A stretch of 64,000 nucleotides of DNA from an uncultured Alphaproteobacteria bacterium (GTDB lineage: Bacteria; Bacteroidota; Ignavibacteria; OLB7). Location: assembly GCA_964462535.1 (NCBI GenBank), contig CAYWXV010000003.1, positions 65,193 through 129,192 on the forward strand, read 5' to 3'. The notes under the pieces are model-generated. The model did no database searches. It worked only from the letters and a program-made list of their open reading frames with translations, and was not told where the DNA came from. The stretch's first letter is position 1. Each line of letters begins with the position of its first letter. Shown here in pieces: positions 9,569 through 19,633 of this stretch. The position numbers and the translations under genes are program-made.

Positions 9569-11488
9569 ATGAGCATGCCCACCCGCTGGTCGCTTCCGAG
9601 CGTCGTCACCCTCATGACGGTCGCTCTGCTGATCACGCTCCCTTCAATGGCGGCAGCCCAGAACGTTGATTCTGTGAGACTGAATCGCAAGCTGAAGAAT
9701 CTTCTAGTCTCACAGGACAATATCACTGGCCTCAGGGGCCTTCGGTTCGCGAACGTCAGCATCTTCAAGCTCAATGCTGAGTTGACGGAGCGCCTCCGCC
9801 GATTCCTGAGCAAGGATGATGCGAGTGACAGCGCGCAAGTCTGTGCCACAGCCTCTACGTGGCTCGACGACGAAAAGTCCTGCCAGGAGATCTTCACGGC
9901 GGTCAGCGGCGCGGTGGGACCGCTCGACCCTCGGAGGTTTGGGGACCAGATTCGGCAGACGCTCGCAATACGTCTTGGACTGACCGATAAGGACGATATC
10001 GACGTCAACGAGTTCAACTCTGTGATTGCCACGTACCAATCGCTTAAGAACCGCGCTGCCGCCCGCCCGAATTCGTTCTACCTCGTCACGTCCCGCGATT
10101 CGAAGAATCCCCGCTTGATTGGCCTCTTGGGCTTCACAACATCCGGCGGTTCCATGACGCTTTCCGGCCAGCAGTTTGTATGGGTTGGGAACGATCTGTT
10201 CACGTGGCTTGGATCGAACCAGGACTACAACGGCATGTACGCCGACATGCGTGACGCAATCGTTAACGAGAATCGCGACGTCCTCCAAAATGTGACCTAC
10301 GCAATTCGCGATATCGATGATGTCCGATTTGTCACGGGGACGAAGGCGCATCCGACGATGATCGACGAGAATACATACGACTGGGTGTTGACCGGAATAA
10401 GCGACGGCCGACCGCTTCGCAAGAAGGCGACCTCCGATTCCGGAGCCAGCAACGGTGGATCGAACCCGTTTGGTGGTGGGAGCTTCCAAATGGCCGGAGT
10501 GAACACGTCGGGGAGTCCATTCACGAACGCTGAGGTTCCTGGGACGGGGGAGTACCCGTATGAACTGGCTATTGGTTCCGATGTCCTGGCGTCATTCCGC
10601 GCATATGAGCTGACCAACGACAATCAGCCACATCCCAAGTGGGGCTTTGAGGTTCGGAACAACTTTGACGAAATCAACTACCCGTCGATATGGGGCGGCC
10701 GCATGACCGTAAGTGCGGTGCTCGAGAACATCAAGATCGGAGCCATCCTCCCCTCGTTCCGCTTTGGTGAGACGATTGGCGAGAGCGGCATCGGGAGCAA
10801 TCCGCAGAACATCGTGGGTGGATATGGTGCGGCGATGTCGGGGGACTTCGCGTTCCCCCTCATGGACAACTCGGGCCTGTTCACGTTCTACACGTCATAC
10901 ACCTTCAGCGAATCAAGTACCGACAAGATGCTCGCGCAGAAGGACGTGTTCCATATCAACCCTGACTCCACGCTCTCGGCAGCCTTCAATGGGGAGACAG
11001 GTGAGACGGGGTACCTGATGCGCTACGCCGCTCTTGGGTATTATTCGTTTGGGTTCTACGCCGATAAGGACGCCCAACACATGTTCCGCATCAAGGTCGG
11101 CGGTGGGGCATATGGCGTCGATACATACAAGCGCCAGATTGACATCTCGGATACGCTTGCATTTATCGAGGCCCTCAACACCGAGACGTCCGAGGGACAG
11201 CCAGATACGTTGCGCACGTACTACAAGTCCTCCAACTCGGTTGAGTCTCGTGGTGGTGTCGCCGCGCGGATCGAATACATGCGTGGTGGTACGAAGTATC
11301 CGTTTGGTGCTGCGATCCAGTACTTCGATGGCTCGCTCCTGAGCAACGTCTGGTTGCAGTTCGCGGTTGGAGAGCAGTTTGATCTGAAGCTTGAAGGGAA
11401 GTTCTTCACGCCGATTTTCCGCGAGCCGCGTCTGTGGGAGTCCGAGAGTCTGGTCGTTCCCTCGCTGACTGTCAAGTACCATTTCTAG
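9569..11488 (+). CDS. outer-membrane beta-barrel-like protein, function unknown
   Basis: Signal peptide MSMPTRWSLPSVVTLMTVALLITLPSMAAAQ (ATG 9569; the track start at 9470 is an upstream extension). Alternating hydrophobic strands in the C-terminal third. Terminal ...LTVKYHF is a classic OMP beta-signal ending in Phe. Confidence 0.65.
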   Translation: MSMPTRWSLPSVVTLMTVALLITLPSMAAAQNVDSVRLNRKLKNLLVSQDNITGLRGLRFANVSIFKLNAELTERLRRFLSKDDASDSAQVCATASTWLDDEKSCQEIFTAVSGAVGPLDPRRFGDQIRQTLAIRLGLTDKDDIDVNEFNSVIATYQSLKNRAAARPNSFYLVTSRDSKNPRLIGLLGFTTSGGSMTLSGQQFVWVGNDLFTWLGSNQDYNGMYADMRDAIVNENRDVLQNVTYAIRDIDDVRFVTGTKAHPTMIDENTYDWVLTGISDGRPLRKKATSDSGASNGGSNPFGGGSFQMAGVNTSGSPFTNAEVPGTGEYPYELAIGSDVLASFRAYELTNDNQPHPKWGFEVRNNFDEINYPSIWGGRMTVSAVLENIKIGAILPSFRFGETIGESGIGSNPQNIVGGYGAAMSGDFAFPLMDNSGLFTFYTSYTFSESSTDKMLAQKDVFHINPDSTLSAAFNGETGETGYLMRYAALGYYSFGFYADKDAQHMFRIKVGGGAYGVDTYKRQIDISDTLAFIEALNTETSEGQPDTLRTYYKSSNSVESRGGVAARIEYMRGGTKYPFGAAIQYFDGSLLSNVWLQFAVGEQFDLKLEGKFFTPIFREPRLWESESLVVPSLTVKYHF

Positions 11489-11555
11489 TCGTCAGACCAA
11501 GAACGGCACCTGAGCAATTCGTCGCTGCAAACACCTTAACATCAATAGACTGACA

Positions 11556-12962
11556 ATGAGCATGCGCACGTTCCCGTCGCTGATGATCGCCCTGATGGCT
11601 GCACTTCTGGCCGGTTCCGTCACGAGGGCTCAGGGACAACCGCCGACTCGCAACGATCTTCTGCAGAACATCCGTGATGTCGAGACCCTGGATCCGGAGG
11701 TTGAGCAGTACCTCCCCAGGTGGAAGGTCCTCGAGGCGGATCTCAAAATCAAGCTTGCGCAGATCTTCCAACTTGATGGCAAGGAGGTCTCCGCGTCGGA
11801 CACGTTCGTCGTTACGGCGACACTCCCAAAGAATGGTGCGCAGGATCTCTTGGTGGTGCGCGTTAACAATGCCGCGATGACCTATCCAGCATTCAACGGG
11901 ACCGGGACGATTCGGGATAACCTGGGATCACGGCTCTATCAGGAAATCCTTGCCCGCAACTACGCCTACCAGACGATCCCTCCGGCAACGCCGATAACAC
12001 AGACTGAGCCCGAGCGCACACCAAGTGTTCTTTACCCCACGAACTCCCGGCAGTTCATTGCGATCAGCGCGTTCCGCCAGGCGGTGCAGATCGGTACGAC
12101 TGGTGCCCGCATCGAACATTGGATTGGCACCGACGAAATTGGATACCACTTCTGGTCCAGCGGGCAGGGAAAGGTGTTCGTTAATTACCCGATCATCCGA
12201 CTCAACAGCCCGAAGCTCCGGGCGAAGGGGGTGCCCGATATCCTCACGTTCAACCTTGGTGCGGCCTATCGTCTGAAATTCGGTGAGATCGGGAACGATG
12301 GCCTTTCAGGTGTCATAACTCCGCGGAAATTGAACGGCTCACTGGGAGGAAAAGCGCTTGCGCATGTTGACTACCGGTTGCCGGAGGTGAACAACTTCGG
12401 GTTCTTCTTCCACGCCGAGATTCCGTTCTCACGTATTGACACTGCAACGCTGCCATGGACGGGCGTCACGATGCTCAAGGAATTGAAGGCTCGTCCCTCG
12501 ATTCTTGATTCGTTCAACTACAACGGGTATTTCCTCCGCAACGTGGCGCAGGGAGCGATCTTCTACGAGGACTGGTTGAATGACTACGAGCATTTCTTCC
12601 GCATCAGCCTTGGTCTATCGTACCAGGACGTGCTCCGCATGTCGGACAAGAGCAAACTGAAAGATCCCGTCGCCCTTGCGCTCGAGCCGGAGTTCCTCTA
12701 TCATCCAACCGAGGCGAAGGACTGGATCTACGCGAAGTTTGAATACCTGAATCAGTCCGGCTTCCCGTTTGGTGCGTCTGCGCAGCTGTCGAACCAGAAT
12801 CTCTTCCTCCAGGTCTTCGTTCCAATTCTCCCGAATTGGCTGTTCATTGAAGGGAAGTATTCGACACCGTTGTTGCGCGACAATCCACAGCCGTGGGAAC
12901 ATAGCTCGTTCTTCATGTTGTCGCCGATTCTGCGATTCGATCTCGGCAACGTGGCGAAGTGA
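11556..12962 (+). CDS. outer-membrane protein, paralogous to the upstream gene in its C-terminal region, function unknown
   Basis: Signal peptide MSMRTFPSLMIALMAALLAGSVTRAQG. Its C-terminus (LFIEGKYSTPLLRDNPQPWEHSSFFMLSPILRFDL) aligns with the C-terminus of the 9569 gene (LKLEGKFFTPIFREPRLWESESLVVPSLTVKYHF). Confidence 0.65.
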   Translation: MSMRTFPSLMIALMAALLAGSVTRAQGQPPTRNDLLQNIRDVETLDPEVEQYLPRWKVLEADLKIKLAQIFQLDGKEVSASDTFVVTATLPKNGAQDLLVVRVNNAAMTYPAFNGTGTIRDNLGSRLYQEILARNYAYQTIPPATPITQTEPERTPSVLYPTNSRQFIAISAFRQAVQIGTTGARIEHWIGTDEIGYHFWSSGQGKVFVNYPIIRLNSPKLRAKGVPDILTFNLGAAYRLKFGEIGNDGLSGVITPRKLNGSLGGKALAHVDYRLPEVNNFGFFFHAEIPFSRIDTATLPWTGVTMLKELKARPSILDSFNYNGYFLRNVAQGAIFYEDWLNDYEHFFRISLGLSYQDVLRMSDKSKLKDPVALALEPEFLYHPTEAKDWIYAKFEYLNQSGFPFGASAQLSNQNLFLQVFVPILPNWLFIEGKYSTPLLRDNPQPWEHSSFFMLSPILRFDLGNVAK

Positions 12963-13254
12963 GAGATTTCAGTCCAGTCAACGCCGGGCCGTTGCTCCGG
13001 ACTAACTGGTAGGGGGTGGGAGACGTTATCTTCTGGTAGCCCTCCCGCCCGGCTGAAACAAAACGCATTGCTTGTGGGTCTCTAGTTCGTCACCCCTGGT
13101 TCATCTCCGGCGTCGGTGAGCGGGCCGAGGGACCCATAACACTTTTCGACTACCCGAAGGTTCGCTGTTCGAGGGCCTTCATCCGTCGTGTCAGCCGAGT
13201 CCACGCTGGCGCGCATGATGACGGCGCGGTCCCCCGAGCAACGACCACGATCCT

Positions 13255-14613
13255 ATGAATTCCGTCTCCTCCCCGATAGTCGCCACGCGCCTCGTCCGGT
13301 GGCTATGTGCCTGTGTCGTTGCGACGATTGCCTGCACCAGCACACCCGCGAGCGCGCAGATCACGCGCCGCCCCAACGACCCGCCGGGTCGCGAGGTGAC
13401 GCGTGTAGCTCTGCGTGATTCAGCCCTTCGTATCGCCGTCCGCAATATTGACATCACCCGGTTCCCAATGATCAACGTCGTCTTCGACGTTATGACCACC
13501 GACAATCGCTCCGTTTTTGGACTCGATCGCGCCGACGTTCAGATCACGGAAAATGGACGCGAGCAACAAGTGATCAGCCTGTCCATGATCACGCGCGCAA
13601 ATCGTGTTCCTGTCGATTTTGTCTTCGTTATCGATCAGACCGCGAGCATGGTCGACAAGATCCAGAGTGTCAAGCAGAACATCGATGAGTTTACAACGCG
13701 CCTGGCGTCGAAGGGGATCGACTACAGACTTGGGCTTATTGTCTTCGACGACAACGTTGCGCAACGACGTTGGCTGACCGATGACATTTCCGAATTCAAG
13801 TCCTGGATAGACGGAATTACTGCAGGTGGGGGCGGCGACGAGAAGGAGAATGCTCTGGAGGCTCTCCGCGCCGTGACGGGCATGAACTTCAGATCGAGTG
13901 CAAACCGGTGCATCGTCCTCGTCACGGACGCACCGTACCACCAGTATGGGGAGCACGGGTGGGGGCGAACGATCTACACGGCAGAAACCATTGCGGCGCT
14001 TCTCCTGAAGCGGGAGATCCGCACGTTCTGTATTGTGAACCCAAACGTCCAAGGGTACGCCACGGTAGCGCGCACGACCGGGGGCCAGGTCTTCGACATC
14101 AGTCAGCCCTTCGCGGAGATCCTCAACAACTTCGCCCTCACGATGACATCGCTCTACACGGCGACGTATCAATCCGATATCGAGAGGATCCCGGATTCAA
14201 TCTGGGTCGAGGTTCGGATTCCGGGAGTCCCAAAGGCGGCCAGAAAGGGTTTCGCCGTTTTGGAGGTTGGACGAAAGCTCGTAGTCGATAACATCCACTT
14301 TGCGACCAATCGCTCCACAATAGATGTAACATCGACACGAGAACTCGACTACCTGATAAGATTGATGCGTGCGCGACCGACGCTGAAGCTGAAGATCGAA
14401 GGACACACCGACGACGTCGGGGATCACGAGCTGAACATTCGATTGTCCCAGCAGCGTGCGGAGGCGGTGAAGCGATACATGCAGAAAGGGGGTATCTCTC
14501 CGGATCGACTGTTCACTATCGGATACGGCGAGATGCGCCCGACAGCCTCCAATGACACGGATGAGGGGAAGCGTCTAAACCGCAGAACCGAGTTCATCAT
14601 CCTCTCGCGCTAG
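13255..14613 (+). CDS. secreted von Willebrand factor A domain protein fused to a C-terminal OmpA/MotB-like peptidoglycan-binding domain
   Basis: Signal peptide LVRWLCACVVATIACTSTPASAQ. vWA MIDAS-like VFVIDQTASM ... LIVFDD ... GGGDEKENALEAL. C-terminal NIHFATNRSTI...GHTDDVGDHELNIRLSQQRAEAV...NRRTEF is a canonical OmpA_C pattern. Confidence 0.8.
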   Translation: MNSVSSPIVATRLVRWLCACVVATIACTSTPASAQITRRPNDPPGREVTRVALRDSALRIAVRNIDITRFPMINVVFDVMTTDNRSVFGLDRADVQITENGREQQVISLSMITRANRVPVDFVFVIDQTASMVDKIQSVKQNIDEFTTRLASKGIDYRLGLIVFDDNVAQRRWLTDDISEFKSWIDGITAGGGGDEKENALEALRAVTGMNFRSSANRCIVLVTDAPYHQYGEHGWGRTIYTAETIAALLLKREIRTFCIVNPNVQGYATVARTTGGQVFDISQPFAEILNNFALTMTSLYTATYQSDIERIPDSIWVEVRIPGVPKAARKGFAVLEVGRKLVVDNIHFATNRSTIDVTSTRELDYLIRLMRARPTLKLKIEGHTDDVGDHELNIRLSQQRAEAVKRYMQKGGISPDRLFTIGYGEMRPTASNDTDEGKRLNRRTEFIILSR

Positions 14614-14618
14614 CTCGT

Positions 14619-16691
14619 TCAGCCGGTCTCATCCTCGCGAAGCATCTCGCGTGCCCGGCGAAGATCGTCCAGCCAGACTACGGCCTCCGCGTCGCTTGGT
14701 GCCCTCCAGTCGCCGCGCGGGGAAAGAGAACCACCAGAGCCGACCTTTGGACCATTCGGAATACACGATCGCTTGAACTGACTGGTCTGGAAAAACCGTG
14801 TAAGGAATATCTCCAGCCAGTTCATGATCGTGTCGATGTCATAGGCTTTACGCTCGCCCGCCGCGATGCTTCTGGGCCACGGTCCATGCTGTTGATCCCG
14901 CCACGCATGCCACGCGAGAAACGCCACCTTGCTCGGACGAAATCCGTATCGCGAGATGTAGTACAGATTGAAATCCTGGAGGTCATAGGGCCCGACGATC
15001 TCCTCTGTTTTTTGCGATGGCTCATCCGAGCTTCCACCCGGGATGAGCTCTGGCGAGATCTCCGTCTGTAGAATCGACCGAAGAATCTCACTGGTGTCAG
15101 CGTCGAACTCACCCGAGTCTGCCGCCCATCGGATCAAGTGCTGTATAAGTGTCTTCGGTACCGAGACGTTGACGTTGTAGTGCGACATGTGATCCCCCAC
15201 GCCGTACGTTGCCCACCCAAGGGCAAGCTCGGAGAGGTCACCAGTGCCGACTACCAACGCGTTGTGGAGATTTGCCAGGCGGAACAGGTGCGATGTCCGC
15301 TCGCCTGCCTGCACATTCTCGAATGTGACGTCGAATTGTTGAATGCCGTCGGCGAACGGATGCCCGATGTCGCGGAACATTTGCATGGACGAGGGGGCAA
15401 TGTCGATTTCGCCGGCCGATACGCCCAACGCTTTCATCAATCCCCATGCGTTGTCCCGCGTCCGCTTCGTCGTTGCAAACCCGGGCATTGTCCATGCAAG
15501 AACGTTTGTCCGCGGCAGTCCCATGCGATCCATTGCGCGTGCGGCAACGATCAGCGCGTCGGTTGAGTCGAGCCCACCCGAAACGCCAATGACCACTTTC
15601 TGAATACCCGTCGCCTCCATGCGCTTCATGAGCGCAGACACCTGGATATTCCATGCCTCATAGCAGCGCTCGTCCCTCAGCATGTCATCTGCCGGGACGA
15701 ACGGGTACCGCTCCAGTCGGCGGTGGAGCGACGTGATTCCGGGGGGTGGGGAGAGGTGAAATCGACTACGCCGGATGCGGTGGATGTGCTCTCGAACGTC
15801 GGTCGCCCCATCTGTGAACGTCGTTGTCCGCATCCTATCACTCCGCAATCGATCCAGGTCTATGTCGGCCAGCAATAGGTTCGAACCATGCACGAATCGA
15901 TCGGATTCGGCAACCAGGTCTGTGTTTTCGAAGATCATCGCATGGCCGTCCCATGCGAGGTCTGTGGTCGATTCTCCGTGGCCCGCTGCAGCGTACAGGT
16001 AGGCCGCGATACACCTACCAGACTGCGCGCGCGCCAGGGTCCTGCGATAGTCGGCTTTGGCGATAGTGATGTTGCTGGCGGACAGGTTGCAAAGGACCGT
16101 GGCACCGGCCATCGCGTGGTACGTCGAAGGAGGGATCGGCGCCCACAGGTCCTCGCAAATCTCGACGCCGATGCTGAATCCCTCTATCGAGGTCGAATCG
16201 AAGATGAGATCTGTACCGAACGGCACGCCCTGACCGCAAACAAAGACCTCTTTCGTTAGCGCGTCCAGGCCGGAAGTGAACTGCCGCTTCTCGTAGAACT
16301 CACGATAGTTTGGGAGGAATGCCTTGGGAACCACACCCAGGATCATGCCGCGCAACACTACCACGGCACAGTTGTAGAGACGACTCTCGAATCTGAGCGG
16401 AGCCCCGACGATCAGAATCGGCGCAAGGTCACGACTCCTTGTGACGAGTTCCATGAGTGCCCCGCTCACCGCGTCGACCAGAGCATCCTGTTGGTGAAGG
16501 TCGTCTATTGCATAGGCACTCAGGCCAAGCTCTGGAAAGAGAGCGAGTATGGCCCCTTCCTTGTCAGCACGCGCTGCCAATTCCAGCGTCTCGGCAAGAT
16601 TGGCCGAGGGATTGGCAGGGTGCACGACCGGTACGCAGACAGCGACACGCGCCAGGCCGTGAGTGTAGATGTTTTCGAAGCGTGTGGGCAT
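14619..16691 (-). CDS. nadE: NAD+ synthase, glutamine-hydrolysing (N-terminal CN-hydrolase domain + C-terminal NAD synthetase domain)
   Basis: ATG at 16691 (the track start at 16712 is TTG). Nitrilase-like N-terminal half, then the PP-loop SGGLDS of NAD synthetase. ~690 aa, as in long-form NadE. Confidence 0.9.
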   Translation of the reverse strand: MPTRFENIYTHGLARVAVCVPVVHPANPSANLAETLELAARADKEGAILALFPELGLSAYAIDDLHQQDALVDAVSGALMELVTRSRDLAPILIVGAPLRFESRLYNCAVVVLRGMILGVVPKAFLPNYREFYEKRQFTSGLDALTKEVFVCGQGVPFGTDLIFDSTSIEGFSIGVEICEDLWAPIPPSTYHAMAGATVLCNLSASNITIAKADYRRTLARAQSGRCIAAYLYAAAGHGESTTDLAWDGHAMIFENTDLVAESDRFVHGSNLLLADIDLDRLRSDRMRTTTFTDGATDVREHIHRIRRSRFHLSPPPGITSLHRRLERYPFVPADDMLRDERCYEAWNIQVSALMKRMEATGIQKVVIGVSGGLDSTDALIVAARAMDRMGLPRTNVLAWTMPGFATTKRTRDNAWGLMKALGVSAGEIDIAPSSMQMFRDIGHPFADGIQQFDVTFENVQAGERTSHLFRLANLHNALVVGTGDLSELALGWATYGVGDHMSHYNVNVSVPKTLIQHLIRWAADSGEFDADTSEILRSILQTEISPELIPGGSSDEPSQKTEEIVGPYDLQDFNLYYISRYGFRPSKVAFLAWHAWRDQQHGPWPRSIAAGERKAYDIDTIMNWLEIFLTRFFQTSQFKRSCIPNGPKVGSGGSLSPRGDWRAPSDAEAVVWLDDLRRAREMLREDETG

Positions 16692-16827
16692 GGCGCAAGT
16701 TAACCTCTTCAAACGGTAACACGCCCGTGAATGCCCGTTTGATCGGGTTGTCGGTCCCTACGTGATTAGTAACTTGGCCGGTCTTTCAGTACGCCTCCCC
16801 GGCTATTTGCTCCGAATCTCTCTGTTG

Positions 16828-17802
16828 ATGCGCGCCATTATTCCCGTTGCCGGTGTCGGCAGCCGACTGAGACCCCATACATACACCCTTCCCAAAGTTC
16901 TGCTCAACGTCGCGGGTAAGCCAATACTTGGCCACATCCTGGATAAGGTGATTCAGGAGGGGATTACTGCCGCCACGCTTATCGTAGGGCACATGGGGGA
17001 GATGGTCGAGGAGTACGTGCGCGCCAACTACGACATCAGCATTGATTTCGTACAGCAGCCGGTCCGCGAAGGACTCGGGCACTCCATCTACCTGGCGCGG
17101 CATGTCCTCCTCGATGATCCGGTCCTGATTATACTCGGGGACACGATCTTCGACGTCGACCTTCAGCCGGTCCTGGCTGGTGGCTCGTCGGCTCTTGGTG
17201 TAAAAGTGGTTGATGATGCACGCCGTTTTGGCGTTGTGGAGCTGGAGGACGATCGTGTCGTCAGGCTTATCGAGAAGCCGGAGAATCCACCAACCAACCT
17301 GGCCATTGTTGGGATCTATTACATTCACGCGCCGCGGCTTCTTGCTGATTCTCTGACCGATATCGTTGACAATGATCGTCGGACGCGGGGGGAATATCAA
17401 CTGACCGATGCGCTCCAATTGATGCTCGACCGGGGCGAACGCTTCACGACGTTTCCCGTTGATGGTTGGTATGACTGCGGCAAGCCCGAGACGCTACTGG
17501 AGACGAATCGCCACCTGCTCGAGTCACAGCGGCAGGAACGAAAGCTCCCTGGCGTGGTCTTCAATCCACCCGTTCACATTGCTCCCACAGCCCGCATCAC
17601 GAACTCCATTATCGGGCCGTATGCGACGATTGCGGACGAGGCCGTGATCGATGATGCCGTTGTGGTTGACTCTATCATTGGCGAGAGAGCGGAGGTGTCG
17701 CGCGCCATGCTCAGAGAGTCGATCGTTGGAAACCACGCTGTGATCCGCGGGCGGTACTCGCGCGTTAATGCCGGAGACAGTTCCGAACTCGATCTTGGCT
17801 GA
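16828..17802 (+). CDS. sugar-phosphate nucleotidyltransferase with C-terminal left-handed beta-helix (hexapeptide) domain
   Basis: ATG at 16828 gives [26 protein letters not shown] (NTP_transferase G-x-G-x-R-L motif). The C-terminal 90 aa carry hexapeptide repeats. The track start at 16762 is a hydrophobic upstream extension. Confidence 0.75.
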   Translation: MRAIIPVAGVGSRLRPHTYTLPKVLLNVAGKPILGHILDKVIQEGITAATLIVGHMGEMVEEYVRANYDISIDFVQQPVREGLGHSIYLARHVLLDDPVLIILGDTIFDVDLQPVLAGGSSALGVKVVDDARRFGVVELEDDRVVRLIEKPENPPTNLAIVGIYYIHAPRLLADSLTDIVDNDRRTRGEYQLTDALQLMLDRGERFTTFPVDGWYDCGKPETLLETNRHLLESQRQERKLPGVVFNPPVHIAPTARITNSIIGPYATIADEAVIDDAVVVDSIIGERAEVSRAMLRESIVGNHAVIRGRYSRVNAGDSSELDLG

Positions 17803-17846
17803 TCTCACCCACTCGAAAGCACTTCAGTCGAACAATACGGTTAACC

Positions 17847-19004
17847 ATGTCCTATCTCTTCACTTCTGAATCTGTCAGCGAAGGCCATCCCGACAAGGTG
17901 TCGGACCAAATCTCAGATGCGATCCTCGACGCGATCCTTACCGACGACCCCTCAGCTCGAGTCGCGTGCGAGACATTCGTAACTACTGGATTGGTCGTGA
18001 TTGGCGGAGAGATTACCACGACAACGTACGTCGACTTCGCGGAGGTGGCACGCGAGACGATCCGGTCGATCGGCTATACGCAGCCAGAGCTTCGGTTCGA
18101 TTGCGATTCTTGCGGCGTGCTGAACGCCGTCCACTCACAGTCGCCTGACATTGCAAAGGGGGTTGATGTCGGTGGTGCCGGTGATCAGGGTATGATGTTT
18201 GGTTACGCCTCCGACGAGACGCCCGAGTACATGCCAATGCCGCTGATGTACGCGCATCGTCTGATGATGAATCTGGCGAAGGTCCGCAAGCAGCGAAACA
18301 CTCCCATGTCGTATCTCCGTCCGGACTCAAAGAGTCAGGTAACGATTCAGTACGATGAGAACGGAAAACCGCAGCGCGTTGACACCATCGTCGTGTCGAC
18401 CCAGCATGATCCACTCGGCGGGAAGAAGGCGATGCAGGGGCGAATCCTGGCCGACCTCCACGAATTCATTATTCCGAAGTCGATACCGTCCAGCATGATC
18501 GATGCGAAGACGCGCGTATTGGTGAACCCGACCGGCAGCTTTGAAATTGGCGGCCCCCATGGTGATACCGGGTTGACGGGCAGGAAGATCATCGTTGACA
18601 CATACGGCGGGCGTGCACCGCACGGTGGTGGCGCCTTCAGTGGCAAGGACCCGTCGAAGGTCGATCGCTCGGCTGCCTATGCCGCCAGGCACGTCGCGAA
18701 GAACATTGTTGCAGCCAAGCTGGCTCGGGAGTGTACCATTCAGGTTGCCTACGCAATAGGCGTCGCAGAGCCGGTTTCGCTCCGCGTCGATACCCACGGG
18801 ACCGGTATTATTCCGGACATCGAGATATCGCGACTTGTCAAGAAGAACGTTGATATGCGACCTGCAGGCATTATTGAGCGACTCCGACTTCGGCGCCCGG
18901 TCTACCGTGCCACCGCCGCGTACGGACACTTCGGTCGCAAAGGCGAATCGTTCACCTGGGAGAACCTCGACCTCGTCGACGTCTTCCAGAACGCTGTCCG
19001 TTGA
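17847..19004 (+). CDS. metK: S-adenosylmethionine synthetase
   Basis: [48 protein letters not shown]. 385 aa. Confidence 0.95.
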   Translation: MSYLFTSESVSEGHPDKVSDQISDAILDAILTDDPSARVACETFVTTGLVVIGGEITTTTYVDFAEVARETIRSIGYTQPELRFDCDSCGVLNAVHSQSPDIAKGVDVGGAGDQGMMFGYASDETPEYMPMPLMYAHRLMMNLAKVRKQRNTPMSYLRPDSKSQVTIQYDENGKPQRVDTIVVSTQHDPLGGKKAMQGRILADLHEFIIPKSIPSSMIDAKTRVLVNPTGSFEIGGPHGDTGLTGRKIIVDTYGGRAPHGGGAFSGKDPSKVDRSAAYAARHVAKNIVAAKLARECTIQVAYAIGVAEPVSLRVDTHGTGIIPDIEISRLVKKNVDMRPAGIIERLRLRRPVYRATAAYGHFGRKGESFTWENLDLVDVFQNAVR

Positions 19005-19015
19005 AAGGGGTCGCG

Positions 19016-19633
19016 ATGCGCGTCCTGAACGTCGGTTGCGGCATGGCGAAACTCGATTTCCAAGAGGCGCTGACGAGCACCCAGGTGATCGGCGTCGACC
19101 TGAGTAGACACTCGCAGGCCGACGTTATCCATGACCTCAACCAGATACCGTGGCCGTTCGAAACCGGCGCGTTCGATCTGGTGATCATGCAGGATATCAT
19201 TGAACACCTGATCGATGTCCCAGCCGCAATCAACGAGGTCTATCGCATACTCCGCCACGGTGGACGCGTTAGGATCCGAACGCCGCACTACTCCAGTTCG
19301 TACGCATACAACGATCCGACGCACGTTCACTTCTTTGGCACGATGGTGTTCGACGGTTTTACCGACGGGAACACGAATCGGACCTACAGCACGTCACGCT
19401 TCCGGATGCGAGTCCGGCGTATCATCTTTCCCAAGGTCTGGCGCATTACAGGTGTGGCCTGGCTTGCCAACAGATTCGTTCATCGGTGGGAGCAGCTCTT
19501 CGCATTCGTCTTCCGTGCGGAGAACCTCTATTTCGAGATGGAGGCGGTGAAGGAGGATGCATCAAGAGATTCACATCAGACAGACTCATGTATAGAAAGG
19601 AGAAGCAATGGATTTCAAGGAGGGACAGTATAA
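19016..19633 (+). CDS. class I SAM-dependent methyltransferase (Methyltransf_11-like)
   Basis: MRVLNVGCGM motif I, DLVIMQDIIEHL motif II region. ATG at 19016 (the track start at 19001 is TTG overlapping the metK stop). Confidence 0.7.
   Translation: MRVLNVGCGMAKLDFQEALTSTQVIGVDLSRHSQADVIHDLNQIPWPFETGAFDLVIMQDIIEHLIDVPAAINEVYRILRHGGRVRIRTPHYSSSYAYNDPTHVHFFGTMVFDGFTDGNTNRTYSTSRFRMRVRRIIFPKVWRITGVAWLANRFVHRWEQLFAFVFRAENLYFEMEAVKEDASRDSHQTDSCIERRSNGFQGGTV

Noticed and set aside
13188-13418. 76-aa ORF overlapping the start of the vWA-OmpA gene
   Set aside because: Different frame from a gene with a clear signal peptide and vWA domain. Arg/Pro-rich.
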